Shown here one piece after another: positions 36,361 through 49,200 of a stretch of DNA of 62,024 nucleotides; within the stretch, counting starts at the first letter, position 1, and the number at the start of each line of letters is the position of its first letter. The DNA comes from Lama guanicoe. Taxonomy: Eukaryota. The notes below the pieces were generated by a model. The model was not told the origin of the DNA, did not search any database, and saw only the letters and a program-made list of their open reading frames with translations. The position numbers and the translations under genes are program-made. The stretch covers positions 26,017-88,040 of the forward strand of contig MU054304.1 of the NCBI GenBank assembly GCA_013239625.1. The letters are read 5' to 3'.

Positions 36361-37599
36361 ACTAGCGTTCTGAGACGCAGAGAAGTGAGTTAGTCAAGAG
36401 AGTAGGGTAAAAACTCAGTATTTTAGGCTGGGAGTAGATGCTGGAGAGACGTGATGACGGCAAGAAATGGAGAGTCAGAAAGGGGGCATTTGGTCTCCCA
36501 AGCGCCAAACCAAGAATTTGGGGATTTTAGTGAAGGAAAGTGGAAAGCACCTAATGCTACCCGGAGGCACTTGGAGGGCCTTTTTCGTCTCTCGTTAAGC
36601 TTCCTAAGTGTCCTCCCCGAGGATAAATGTCTGCCCCCAAACCTATCAACTTTTTAAAACTAGTGCTGCTTTGTTTTCTGGCCTGCTCTTTAAGCCCGTG
36701 CGCCTTCACGTTCTCTTGTTTCGCCTGCTCACCAGGACTCGGGAATATGTTGTCCTGTAGAGATTCACGGGTTTCCTGGAAATCTTCATTGCAAACCGAT
36801 TATTCCTCTCTTCAGTGCTGCAAAACTGAATGCTTTTGGTTCCATGTACTATGTTGCTTGTTCATAACTAGTCAAGAACTGGTTCTGAGACATCTAAAAC
36901 TTGCAAGTCCAAAGGGCCAAGAAGTCGTAAAACCTGTTGTGAGTCAGAGTGAATCAGATGTGATGCCTTCTGAAGAGAGAAAATTTACCCATACAAAAAG
37001 GGCCAGCAATAGGTAAAGTTTTAGGCTTTCTTTTAACAGAATGTTTTCTCAGTTATTGAAGCCAGTTTAAAAACATTTTGCGTTTAATGCCCAGGCCTGA
37101 AAAAAGGCAGTGTTTATGGCCAATTTGTTACTGCTAATATGGTGGGGGTTTTTTTCCTGGACTTAATAAGTCATGAAGAGAATGAAATGGCTTTAGCTCA
37201 CTTGTGCCGTAGATTGATAAGAAAACTAAAATAGCCTTTTTTCAAGGTTAATAAAGATAGATACATACACATATACATTGCCTGCCTTCCTTCCCTGACC
37301 ACTCTTACCACCCCGACACTCAGTCTCTGTCTTTACCATTTTTCTGAGCAACAGTTATCCCTGTCATCATATAAGCGTATTTGTTTGTCTTTTTCTTTCA
37401 ATAGAAACTCACTGAGGCATGAACTTTGTCTTACTACCTGTTGTAGCCCCAATACAAGAAACTTCCAATTTTTTGTTTGCTTTCTCAACATAAAAATTTT
37501 GTGTTGAAGTAACACAGACATTCTTTTAAAAATGTTATATATTGTTAAAGTCTGAAAATGATGTATATTAGTCAAATCTCTTTAATGCCTTACCCTTTT

Positions 37600-40500
37600 T
37601 CCCCTAGTATATTCTTTGATATTTCTGGATAATGTGCATGTATGGAAATTTTAAACAGTATAATTTGTCTTTTTTAAAAATTGGTAAAAATCAACATATA
37701 ATATGGTATTTATTTCACGTGTACTAATTATTTCTTATAGCAGAACAGAAAATACTTTGGCCCTTTTCCCTTATCACCCCTATATAGTATTTTGGCTTAA
37801 TCCACACTCTGTCTTTTCATTATTGTCTCTATAGAGTTTAGTTACTGCTGTGCTGCAGTGTTCCCCTTTTTCCTACACCTTTTTTTCCCCTAGAGTCACT
37901 AATATTTCATTGCCTTAATTTTCTTTGTATGTTTGGTTAAGTCACTTCATGCTATACAGAAGCTCTCCTCCAAGTCTGTCCACACACCTCCCTGCCCGGT
38001 CAGTGTCCCATCCTGCTCCACACTGGACCTGTGTCCCTCTCTGTGCCTGGGGCACTGCTCTTCTGGACATGTCCTTGCTATCACTGTAGGAATTTCCCTT
38101 CCTTTTCTGTTTTATGAGAGCTTATGTTTTTCTTGCTTTGCTCTTTGATGAAGCACATGCTTCAGTCATTTCCTGCAAAGGTTTCCAAACTGATCATTTT
38201 TGTGTAGTTTAAAATACTGAAAATGTTTTGGTCTGTCTTCACTTTTGATTTATAATTGGGCTAAATACAGAATTCTGAGTTGGGAAAATGTTTCTTTCAG
38301 AATTTTGAAGATGTTGTCGTTGTCCTCCAGCTTCTAGTATTGTTGTTAAGACCAGTATTTTGCGATTTTTTTCTTAGTCTTTCTAGTAGGTTTTAGAATG
38401 TTTCATTTATCCTTGGTGTTTTTAAATTTGAAAGAGTTGTGCCCTGTTATGTAATTTTTTGATTCATTGTGCTAGGCCTTCTGTACCTTTTTAACACAAA
38501 GTTGATTTTTTTTTTTTTTACTTTTTAGGATTTCTACTTCCCTGAGAATTTTGTTGCTCATATGGTAGTAAATTGATTATCAGATATTCTTTTCCATTTT
38601 ACTTTCACTTTTTTTAAAAAAAATAAGTTTGTGGGATATTTCCTTTGTCTTCCAAATCTTTTGAACTTCCAAATCTTGAATATTTGGTTCAGCTATCTTA
38701 TTTTTAGTTTATAAATGCTTTTTCTTATTTGCTGTTTTTTAAAATTCTTGTGGCATTGCTTCATAATGCTATGTCTTTTAAGTGTCTTAGTTTTTTTTTC
38801 CCTTCTGTTTCTATTTTTATATGAGCTCTTCACTGGAAATTTTCCTCATAGATCTATTGGAAATAATTCTGTTGCATGAATATACTATGGCTTGTTTCTT
38901 CGTTTGCATCATAATAGGTTGTAGTAAGTGAAACTGTTAGATTTTCCAAAGTGATTATACCATTTTTGTACTTCGACCAGCAACATTTGACATTTCTAAT
39001 TATTCCACATCTCTGCTGACATGTGGTGTTGCCAGTATCCTAATGTCAGTCAGCCTGTTGGGTGTGCAGTGGTACCTCACTTTGCTTTCACTTTGCATTT
39101 CTTTGATGACTTTTGGGTGTTAAACACTTTTTGATGTGCTAGTTGGCCATTTGTGTATCTTCTTTTGCAGCATGTTCAAATCCTTTCCCCATTTTTTTGT
39201 TTTGGGGTTTTTTTGTTTGTTTTTTGGTCAAAAAACTATTTATATTTATTTATATATTCTGGAATTGAGTCTTTAATAAGCTACATTTTGTGAATATCCC
39301 CCTTTTCCTCTACCATGGCTTCCCTATTCAGTGTCTTTTTTTTTCCTCCATATTCATTTTTTTAATGGGGATTTTTGCCAATGGAGTTTTTTGTTTGTTT
39401 CTTTTTTAACATTTTTGAATGAAGATTTTTTATTTTGGTGAAGCTTTAGCTTTTATGCTTAGGCCCATGAGCCATCTAAAATTATTTTGGGGGTTATGTG
39501 GGTAGGGGTTGTGATTTATTAATTTTTTAGAAGAATATCTGCTTGTCCCAGTATAATTTACTGAAGATTTTTCTTTCCACTGAAGATTTTCCCAGTGGGT
39601 TACTTTGGAGTCTGTTGAAACTCAAATGATTTAAAAAAAAATTTTATTTAAGTATAGTCAGCTTACAATGTTTTATCAATTTCTGGTGTACAGCATAATG
39701 TTCTAGTTATATGTATACATACATATAGTCCTTGTTTTTTTTCTTATAGATTATTACAAGATACTGAATATAGTTCCCCGTGCTATTAAGTAGAAATTTG
39801 TGTATGTATTTTATATGTTGTAGACAGTATCCGCAAATCTGGAACTCCCAATTTATCCCTTCCCACCCACATCCTGCCCTGGTAACCATAAGTTTGTTTT
39901 CTCTGAGTCTCTTTCTGTTTTGTAAATAAGTTCATTTGTGTCGTTGATTTTTAACTTTAGACTTTGTCTTCTCTTGCAATGACTTCAGGTACATTTTGGA
40001 AGTAGTTTCTCCCGATTTTGTTTTGTTAATCTGTTCAAAGAAGAGATTTTTTTCCTCTGTTGTCTCTTCCTAATTCCTGTTGTTTATTTACTTCCTTCTA
40101 CTTACTTTTGGTTTACTTTACTCCCCTCTTCCCATCTTCTTAAGGGTTGGGTGTGTGGCATTATTTTTGCTTCTTTTTCCTTTCATCAGTAAACATCTTA
40201 AAGCTGTAACTGTTCTGTTAATTACTGCTTTAGCTTTATTCCACAGGTTTTAATATGTTATATTTCATTTAGTTTGAAACATTACAAAATTTGATTTCTT
40301 CTTTGACCTATGGAATCTTTACAAGTGTTGTTATAGTTTCCAAATATTTGTTTTCATGATGCAGGGAAAAACATATGTGGGGTGTGAGGAGGGTCCTCGG
40401 TTGAGCCCTTGGGACCTGCCTGGCCAGGAGTGGATTCTTGGCTTCAAGCAGGAAAGAATTAAAGAGTGAGCCACAGATGAGTAAATGTAGATTTGTTTAG

Positions 40501-41860
40501 AGAGATACATACTGCATAGAGTGTAGGCTGTTCACCAAGAGAAAGGCCACAAGGTGTGTGGGTTGGGTGCTTAGGTTAAAGTAAGAGTAGGTACGCACTC
40601 CCTAGACAGTGCGGGGCATCTCTGAAGAGGAGGGAGCCTGACGGGGCCATGAGGTGCCGTGTTGCCATTTTTTATGGGCTCCTTAGCTTCATAAGTTAAC
40701 TGGTGGGAGGACCATCCTAACTACCCTGGGGAAGAGGCTGGGATTCCTGGGAATTTGGCCACTGCCTACTCTTTGACCTTTTACTATTAGCCTTGGAGCT
40801 GTCTTGGTGCCTGTGGGTATGTTATTCATGTTAAAATATTAGTGAGGATATAATGAAGCTCAAGGTCTACTCGAAGCCAAACCTTCCACTATCTTGAGCC
40901 TCAAGGCCTAATGGGAATTGAACTTACGCCATTTTGGTGTTAATTGCTGTCATTCCTTGAATGGCTGTGCCCTGCCCTCTTCCCTCCTGTCTCAGTCAGA
41001 AGCAAGCTCTGTAAGCTTTCCTTTTTTTTTTTTTTACAAATTTATTGGGACTTTTATAGTTCATCAAAATAGTCTGTTGGTATATGTACCGTTTGCACTT
41101 GAACGTGTATTCGGTATGCAGTGTTCTATAAATGTTTATTTAAGGTGTTAATTTTGTTTATATATTTTATATCTTAATGTGTATCTCTTCTAAAGAGCAT
41201 ATGTTGGGATCTTGTTTATTTTATCTAGGGTGAAATTCTCTTTTAATTGGAATGTTGACCCAGTTTATTGATATGCTTGGATTTATGATATGGTTAGATG
41301 TTAAGGTATGTTGTTGTATCATTTGTTTTCCGTTTGTCCCATCTCTGTTTTGTTTTGTTATTACTCTATTCCTCTTTTCCCACTTTCTTGTGGGTTAACC
41401 ATTTTTTTTTGAACAATTCTATTTTAATTTATTTTTTGCCTTTTTTTAAAATTCCATTTTGCATCATTTTGATGGTCCTTCTAGGCAACATACATTCTTA
41501 CCTTTTTGCAGTCTAAGGCTACTAAGGGTTAATAATGTAACGCTTGGAAGTTCTAAGAATCTTTAAACTGTATATGGAGTTGTACTCTCCCCTCCTCTAG
41601 TCCTTTATACAGGTTATGTGTTTGTATTGTGTCTACATGTGTTGTACGTTGCACAATACAGTGTTATAATTTTTGCCATAGACAATCACGTTCTTTAAAG
41701 AGAGTAAATTTTTCTTATATTTACCCACATTACTATTTTTCATGTTTTGGATTTCCATCTTGTATAATTGCCCTTCAAGCTGAAAAACTACCATTTTTAT
41801 AGTGTGGTTTTATCTGAAAATGTCTTTATTTTGCCTTTATTCCTGAAGTATATCTTTGCT
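37600..41860 (-). mobile_element. Old antisense L1 fragments, including an L1 3' end at ~39630-39940; boundaries approximate
   Basis: T-rich L1-like text (gtggtacctcactttgctttcactttgcatttc; ccctggtaaccataagtttgttttct). Confidence 0.65.
40357..40994 (-). mobile_element. Solo ERV LTR (ERV1-like)
   Basis: 638-bp TG...CA-bounded GC-richer block interrupting AT-rich L1 sequence; minus strand begins TGAGACAGGAGGG. Confidence 0.72.
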
Positions 41861-41899
41861 GAAAATAGCAGTCCCCCCCCAACTTCACAGGCCTGTAAT

Positions 41900-42590
41900 T
41901 TCTTTTTTTTGTTTTGTTTTGTTTTGTTTTGTTTTAATTCCAGCCACTGAAACCAACATGGAAGTTATTGCTTAGATAAATAAACCTAGTCTACCAGGAA
42001 AAAGAAAGGTGGCTAAAGAAAAGAAACAAACAAAAGCCCCAAAAGTGAAAAACTTAAGCTCCCCAATATGGTAACAGAGTAAACAAGAGAGAAACTCCTC
42101 AAATGAGGATTTACTGGAATTTCTGGTGCCCTTCTGGGCACTGAAACCGAGTTGGACTCTTAAGCCGGTAAATCCCAGAAAGAGGTAAGATTTTAATGCT
42201 GTACATGAAAAGGTGCAAGCTCCAATCCTTCCAAATGGGTGGAAACCCCTGCAAAAAACAGCGTTTCAAACCTCAATAACCACAAACAGCTCTTAAGGAA
42301 AAAAATACGAAAAGTGTCAAAAAATTTTTTAGTCGTTTTTTCTTTTTTTCAAAGAGTTCTGGAAAAATGATCCTATAAGGAATAGAAATAGCACCGTGTG
42401 CAGGCTGGTTAGAAGGCCAGTCCTGCAGCTCTGCTGAGAGGCTGGAGATCCTCTGGCTGGAGTCCTGCATTACACTAAGTGGTTTGTGTTTTATCTCCGG
42501 CCTGGTGCGTCCGTCGCAGCACAGCGCGCGCACACGTAGTCCTCCTTCTCGGCTGTCTCGGGAGAGACACCAACACAGACCTGATGGAAC
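41900..42590 (-). pseudogene. KDM5B: KDM5B fragment: end of PHD3 coding sequence (42491-42589) plus proximal 3'UTR
   Basis: [32 protein letters not shown] versus KDM5[33 protein letters not shown]. The following sequence resembles the KDM5B 3'UTR as recalled and ends in an (AAAAC)n tract. Confidence 0.88.
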
Positions 42591-43920
42591 TCATATTTTA
42601 TGAAAGTCCCATGATAATAACAAAGAAAACACCTTATAGAGGTTACACAAAAGAAAAATAGAAAGGATTCAAAGCATATCAACACAAATAATCAAAGAAA
42701 CAAAAGAAAGACAGCAAGGGAGGAAAAGAACTATAAGAAGAACAAAAAATAATGAATAAAATGGCAATAGTAAATCCTTCCCTATCAATAACTGTAAATA
42801 TAAATGGATTAAACTCTCAAATCCAAAGAGAGTGGCTGAATGGAGAAAACAATAATAGCCAACTATATGCTGTCCTCAAGAGACCCCACTTAAGATTTAA
42901 GGGCACAGATAATGGCTGAAAGTGAAGGAGTGAAAAAAGATATTCCATGCAAACAGTAACCTAAAGAGAGCAAGGGTGGCTATACTTACATCAGATAAAA
43001 CAGACTTTAAGTTACAAGCTGTCATAAAAAACAAACAAGGATATTATATAATGATTAAAGGGTCAATTCCCTAGGAGGCTACAGCAATCATAAATATACC
43101 TGCATCCAACATGAGAGCACTTAACTATATTAAGCGAACACTGACAAAACTGAGGGGAGACATAGACAAAAATACAATAGTAGTAGGAAACTTCAATAGC
43201 CTACTTTCAATAAAAGGTAGAACAACCAGACAGTAAATCAAGAAAGAAGGGAGACTTGAACAGTACTACAGATCAATGGACCTAAATGATATATACGGAA
43301 TATTCCATTCAACAGCAACAGAATATATTCTTGTCAAGCATAAATGGAAATTCTCTAGGATAGATCACAAAATAAGCCTTACGAAATTTAAGACTGAAAT
43401 CATACCAAGTGTCTGTTCTGACTACAATGGAATGAAACTAAAAAATCAACAGCAAAAGGAAAACTGGAAAATTCACAAATATGTGGAAATTAAATAATAC
43501 ATTTTTGAACAACCAATGGGGTCAAAGAATAGTTAGAAAATTAGAAAATATCTTGAGACAAACAAAAACATAATATTTACGGGATGCAGAAAAAGGAGTA
43601 CAAACAGGGAAGTTTATAGTTCCCACATTGAAAAGGAAGAATCACATATATACAATCTAACTTTACATTTCAAGGAACAAATTAAATCCAAAATTAGTGG
43701 AGGAAAAAAAATAATAAAGCTTAGAGTAGAGATGAACAAACAGAGAATAGAAAAACAATAAAAAAGATCAATGGAACTAATAGTTGGTTTACTGAAAATA
43801 TAAAATTGACATATTTTTAGCTAGACTAAGAAAAAAACAGGTGACTCAAATCATAAATGAAAGACATTATAAGTGATGTCGCAGAAATGAAAACTAAGAG
43901 AATACTATAAACAATTATAC

Positions 43921-44150
43921 ATAAAGAAAGATAAACTGGAAGAAATGGGAAAATTCCTAGAAACATACCTACCAAGACTGAATCATGAAGAAATAGAAAT
44001 TCTGAGCAGACCTGAAACTAGTAAGGAGATTAAATAAGAAAGTAGATAAACTGGAAGAAATGGGAAAATTTCTAGAAACATACCTACCAAGACTGAATCA
44101 TGAAGAAATAGAAAGTCTGAGCAGACCTGAAACTAGTAAGGAGATTAAAT
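43921..44150 (+). repeat. Tandem duplication of about 115 bp inside the old L1
   Basis: gataaactggaagaaatgggaaaatt...gagattaaat occurs at 43930 and 44045 with about two mismatches. Confidence 0.92.
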
Positions 44151-44174
44151 TAGTAATCAAAAATCTCCCAACAA

Positions 44175-45455
44175 TGAAGCTAGAACACTCCCTTACACCA
44201 TATACAAAAATCAACTCAAAATGGATTAAAGACTTAAACATAAGACAAGATACAATAAACCTCCTAGAGGAAAACATAGGCAAAACATTATCTGACATAC
44301 ATTTCAAAAATTTTCTCCTAGAAGAAATAAAAGCAAGAATAAACAAATGGGACCTAATGAAACTTACAAGCTTCTGCACAGCAAAGGAAACCAGAAGTAA
44401 AACAAGAAGAAAACCTAAGGAATGGGAGAAAATTTTTGCAAGTGAAACCAACAAAGGCTTGATCTCCAGAATATATAAGCAGCTCATACGACTCAATAAG
44501 AAAAAAATAAACAACCCAATCCAAAAATGGGCAGAAGACCTAAACAAGCAATTCTCCAAGGAAGACATACAAATGATCAAAAGGCACATGAAAAAATGCT
44601 CAATATCACTAATTATCAGAGAAATGCAAATCAAAACTACAATGAGGTATCACCTCACACCAGTCAGAATGGCCGTCATTCAAAAATCCACAAATGACAA
44701 ATGCTGGAGAGGCTGTGGAGAAAGGGGAACCCTCCTACACTGCTGGTGGGAATGCAGTTTGGTGCAGCCACTATGGAAAACAGTGTGGAGATTCCTCAAA
44801 AGACTAGGAATAGACTTACCATATGACCCAGGAATCCCACTCCTGGGCTTGTATCCAGAAGGAACCCTACTTCAGGATGACACCTGCACTCCAATGTTCA
44901 TAGCAGCACTATTTACAATAGCCAAAACATGGAAACAGCCTAAATGTCCATCAACAGGTGACTGGATAAAGATGTGGTATATTTATACAATGGAATACTA
45001 CTCAGCCATAAAAACCAACAACATAATGCCATTTGCAGCAACATGGATGCTCCTGGAGAATGTCATTCTAAGTGAAGTAAGCCAGAAAGAGAAAGGAAAA
45101 TATCATATGAGATCGCTCATATGTGGAATCTGAAAAACAAAAACAAAAACAAACAAACAAAAACAAAGCATAAATACAGGACAGAAATAGACCCACAGAC
45201 AGAGAATACAGACTTGTGGTTACCAGGGGGGTGGAGGGTGGGAAGGGATAGACTGGGATTTCAAAATTGTAGAATAGATAAACAAGATTACACTGTATAG
45301 GACAGGGAAATATACACAAAATGTTATAACTCACAGAGAAAAAAAATGTGCCAATGAGTGTGTATATGTCCATGAATGACTGAAAAATTGTGCTGAACAC
45401 TGGAATTTGACACAACATTGTAAAATGATTATAAATCAATAAAAAATGTTTAAAA
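44175..45455 (+). mobile_element. Young 5'-truncated LINE-1 (ORF2 C-terminus plus 3'UTR)
   Basis: Open ORF2 C-terminal frame with [18 protein letters not shown] zinc knuckle; AATAAA and poly(A); TSD AAAAATCTCCCAACAA at 44159-44174 and 45456-45471. Confidence 0.95.
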
Positions 45456-48199
45456 AAAAATCTCCCAACAAAGAAAAGCCCAGGGACAGATGGTTTCACT
45501 GGTGAATTTTACCAAACATTATGCCAGCCCTTCTCAAACTCTTCAAAAAAATGAAGTGGAAGGAATACTTCTAAACTCATTTTATGAAGCCAGCATTACC
45601 CTCAGTCCAAAGCCAGAGAAAGAAATCATTAAAAAAGAAATGAAGAAAATTATAGGCCAATTCTCCTGATTAATATAAATGCAAAAACTCTCAACAAATT
45701 AAACAACACTTTTTAAAAGGATCATACGTCATGACCAACTGCAATTTATTCCTGGATGCAAAGATGGTTCAACATACAAAAATCAACATGATACACCACA
45801 TTAACAGAATAAAGGATAAAAATTACATAATCCTCTTAATAGATGAGAAAAAGAATTTTGTAAAATTTAACACTCTTTCATGATAAAAAGTCTCAACAAA
45901 CTTAGAGGGAAATTACTTCAACATGTTAAGGGCCATATATGAAAAGCCCATAGCTAATATACTAATAAAAACTGAAAGCTTTTCCTTAAAGATCAAGAAA
46001 AAGGCAAAGATGCCCACTTTCGCCACTTCTTTTTAACATGGTACTGGAAGTCCTAGCCAAAGATTAGGCCAGAAAAAGATATAAAAAGACTCTCAAATTG
46101 AAAACGAAGAGAACAAACTGTCTCTATTTGCAAATGACATCTTATACATAGAAAACCCAAAAGACACCACATAAAAACTGTTAGAGAACTAAACATATTC
46201 AGTTTTCAGTTGCAGGATACAAACTATAGTGTTTTTATACCAACAATAAACTATCTAAAAAGAAATTAGAAAAACAATCCCCATTTACAATAGCATCACA
46301 AGGAGTAAAATACTTAGCAATAAACTTAATTATGGAGGTGAAAGACTTGTACACTGAAAAGTATAAAACGTTGATGAAACAAATTAAAGATAACACAAAT
46401 AAATGGAAAAACATCTGGTGCTTATGGCCTGGAAGACTTAATATTGTTAAAATGTAATCTGTAGATTCAGTGCAATCCCTATCAAAATCCCGATGGCATT
46501 TTTTACAGAAATAGAGAAAAACAATTCAAAGGGCCAAAAATAATCTTTAGAAAAGTACAAGAAAGCTAGATGCATCAAACGTCCTTATTTCAAAATATAT
46601 TACAAAGCTACAGAACTTAAAACAGTATAGTAATTCCATAAAGACATTCAATATAAACCAATGGAACAGAATAGAGAGCATAGCAATAAATTCATGCATA
46701 TACAGTCAACTGATCTGCAACAAGAGTACCAATAATATATCATGGAGAAAGGAGTCTCTTTAACAAATGGTGTTGGGATAACTGGATATCTACATGCAAA
46801 AGAAAGAAACTGAACCCTTAACTTACACCATAACAAGAATCAACTCAAAATGGATTAAAGACTTAAACATAAAACCTGAACCTGTAAAACTATCAGAAGC
46901 ATAAGGAAAAAGCTTCATGACATTGGTCTTAGTGATAATTTCATGCATTATGACACCAAAGGAAGGCAACAAAAGCAAAAATAGACAAACAGGACTATAT
47001 CAAACTATCTCATAGTTTCTGCACAGCAAGGGAAACAATCAACAGAGTAGAAAGACAATCTACGAATGGGAGAAAATATTTGCCAACCATATATCTGATA
47101 AAGGGTTAATTTCTAAACTATATAAGCAAATAACCTGATGAAAAAATGGATTAAGGACTTGAACAGACATTTCTCCAAGGAAGACATATGAACGGCCAAA
47201 AGGTATAGGAGAAGTTGCTCAGTATCACTACACTAATCATTGGGGAAATGCAAACCAAAACCATGATGAGATATTACTTGTCACTAAACAATAATAAATG
47301 TTGAGGATACTGAGAAACTGGAACTCTGTCTATTAATTGGTGGGAATGTGAAATGGTACATCTGCTAGAAAATCAGTATGGAGGCTCCTCAAAAAAATTA
47401 AAAATAACTGTCATATGATCCATCAATCCCACTTCTGAGTTATTCGTTAAAAAAAATGGTATTAGAATATTGAAGCGATATTAGCACTCCTATGTTCACT
47501 GCAGCACTATTCACAATAGCCAAGATGTGAAACAACTCAACTCCACAGACAGATGAATATAAAAATAAAATGTGATACACACACACAATGGAGTATTATT
47601 CAGCCTTAAGAAAAAAGGCAGTCCTGCAATATGTCACAACATGGATGAACCTTGAAGATGCTATGCTGAGTGAAATAAGCCAGTTACCCAGCAGAACAAA
47701 TACTGCATGATTCCACTAATAGGAGGTATCTAAGAGTAATACTCATAGCAAAGAGTAGAATGATGGTTGCCAGAGGCTGAGGTGCGGGGGAAATGGGCAG
47801 TTGCTAGTCAGTTATGCAAGGTAAGGCCTAGAGAGCTGCAATACAACAGTGTGCCTACAGTAACAATATTGTATTATGCAATTAAAATCTGGTAAGAGGG
47901 TAGATCTCATGTTAAATGTTCTTAGCACAATAAAATAAAATTTGAAAAAAGAAAAGGTAAAAAGACCAAAAAAGTGGCTGTGTGAATTTATACCACACCT
48001 ACAGCCTATGAGGGTGCATACTGCTCCACATTCTTATGTATTCTTACTAATGTCAAACTTAAATTTTTGTACATGTTGTGTGTGTCATAATGGTACCCCA
48101 TTGTGCTTTTAATTTGTAATTCCCTGATAACTTAGTAAGTTAAAACTCCTGTTCACATGTTTAAAAGAAAAATAGTATTACTCTGCACTACTATTACCA

Positions 48200-49200
48200 A
48201 CTAGAAAAATTTAGATACTCACGGTAGCAACAAAATCTATTTCAAATAATCTAGAAAAATCTGAACTATGAAAAAAATTGCTATGGAATAACTTTTAACT
48301 CTAATAAAAGACATGAAAGTAACCTGAATGAATCAAGAAATATTCCATGATCTAGAAGGGACAATTTAACATTATAAAAATGTCAATCCTCGCCAAATTA
48401 ATCTATGAATTCAAGTAATCCAAAACAAAACTCTAGTTGGATTTTTTTAAATGACTAAAATTTTACACGGAAAAGCAAAAGTATACCAGAGGCTAAGTAA
48501 ACCTTGGATTTGAAAAATAAGATGTTAGATATTAAAAAATACAAGCCACAGAAATGAAGACACTCTGGTACTGGCATTATACCATAAGACAATAAAGTTC
48601 TGAGAAAGATTCATATATGAGAAATTATTATCCAGTAAAGATGGCACCAGAAATCAATGAAGAAAGCTCAATCGTTTTACAGGTGATAGACGGGGAAATG
48701 ATTCAATTTATGAGGAAAAAAACTCTGGATCCCTACTTAACATCTCCTAAATGGGTTATTCCAAATAGATTAAATACATAATACGAAAGGTAAAACTATT
48801 ATATAACAAGGAAACTTTTTAAATAGAAAATCTTTGTGAAAACTAGACAAGGAAAGACAACTTACATAAAACTCCAAATATAGAAACCATAAAGAAAACA
48901 CATGAACTGAAAATACATCAGAATCAAGGATTTCTGTTAAATGAAGGCCACAACAGATAAATTTAATGCAAAGTAGACTAGAAGATACTTGCTAGTTAAT
49001 AGGAAGAAGTAAGTGATCTCAATAAAAATACTGATAAAGGTTAACAAGGCTAAAATGCTAATAAACCTACCAGATGTTCATACTTACTAACAGTTAGAAA
49101 TGCAAGTGAAGGCAATAATGAAATATCACTTTTCACTTACTAGACATGGGAAAGTAGAAAGCTGGAAAATGGCAACTCTCGGTGGGGACACAAATTCTTA
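48200..49200 (+). mobile_element. Ancient L1 ORF2 remnant; boundaries approximate
   Basis: Degenerate ORF2 3'-half motifs (aaaatgtcaatcctcgccaaattaatctat). Confidence 0.6.

Larger units (their letters stand above)
42592..47955 (+). mobile_element. Old degenerate LINE-1 (L1M-type; ORF2 EN/RT and 3' end) hosting the young L1
   Basis: Frameshifted ORF2-like sequence (aatggattaaactct, ccagggacagatggtttcactggtgaatt, ctctatttgcaaatgacat) and an A-rich tail at ~47930-47955. Confidence 0.92.

Noticed and set aside
35523..36362. Arg/Pro/Gly-rich ORFs on both strands
   Set aside because: Stop-poor CpG island; only the 46-nt ARL5B exon is recognisable.
40355..40372. GATGCAGGGAAAAAC resembling ARL5B exon 2 (DNAGKT)
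   Set aside because: No flanking homology; it is the terminus of the LTR.
44060..45133. 357-aa ORF as a cellular gene
   Set aside because: It is entirely L1 ORF2-derived and lacks the endonuclease and RT cores.
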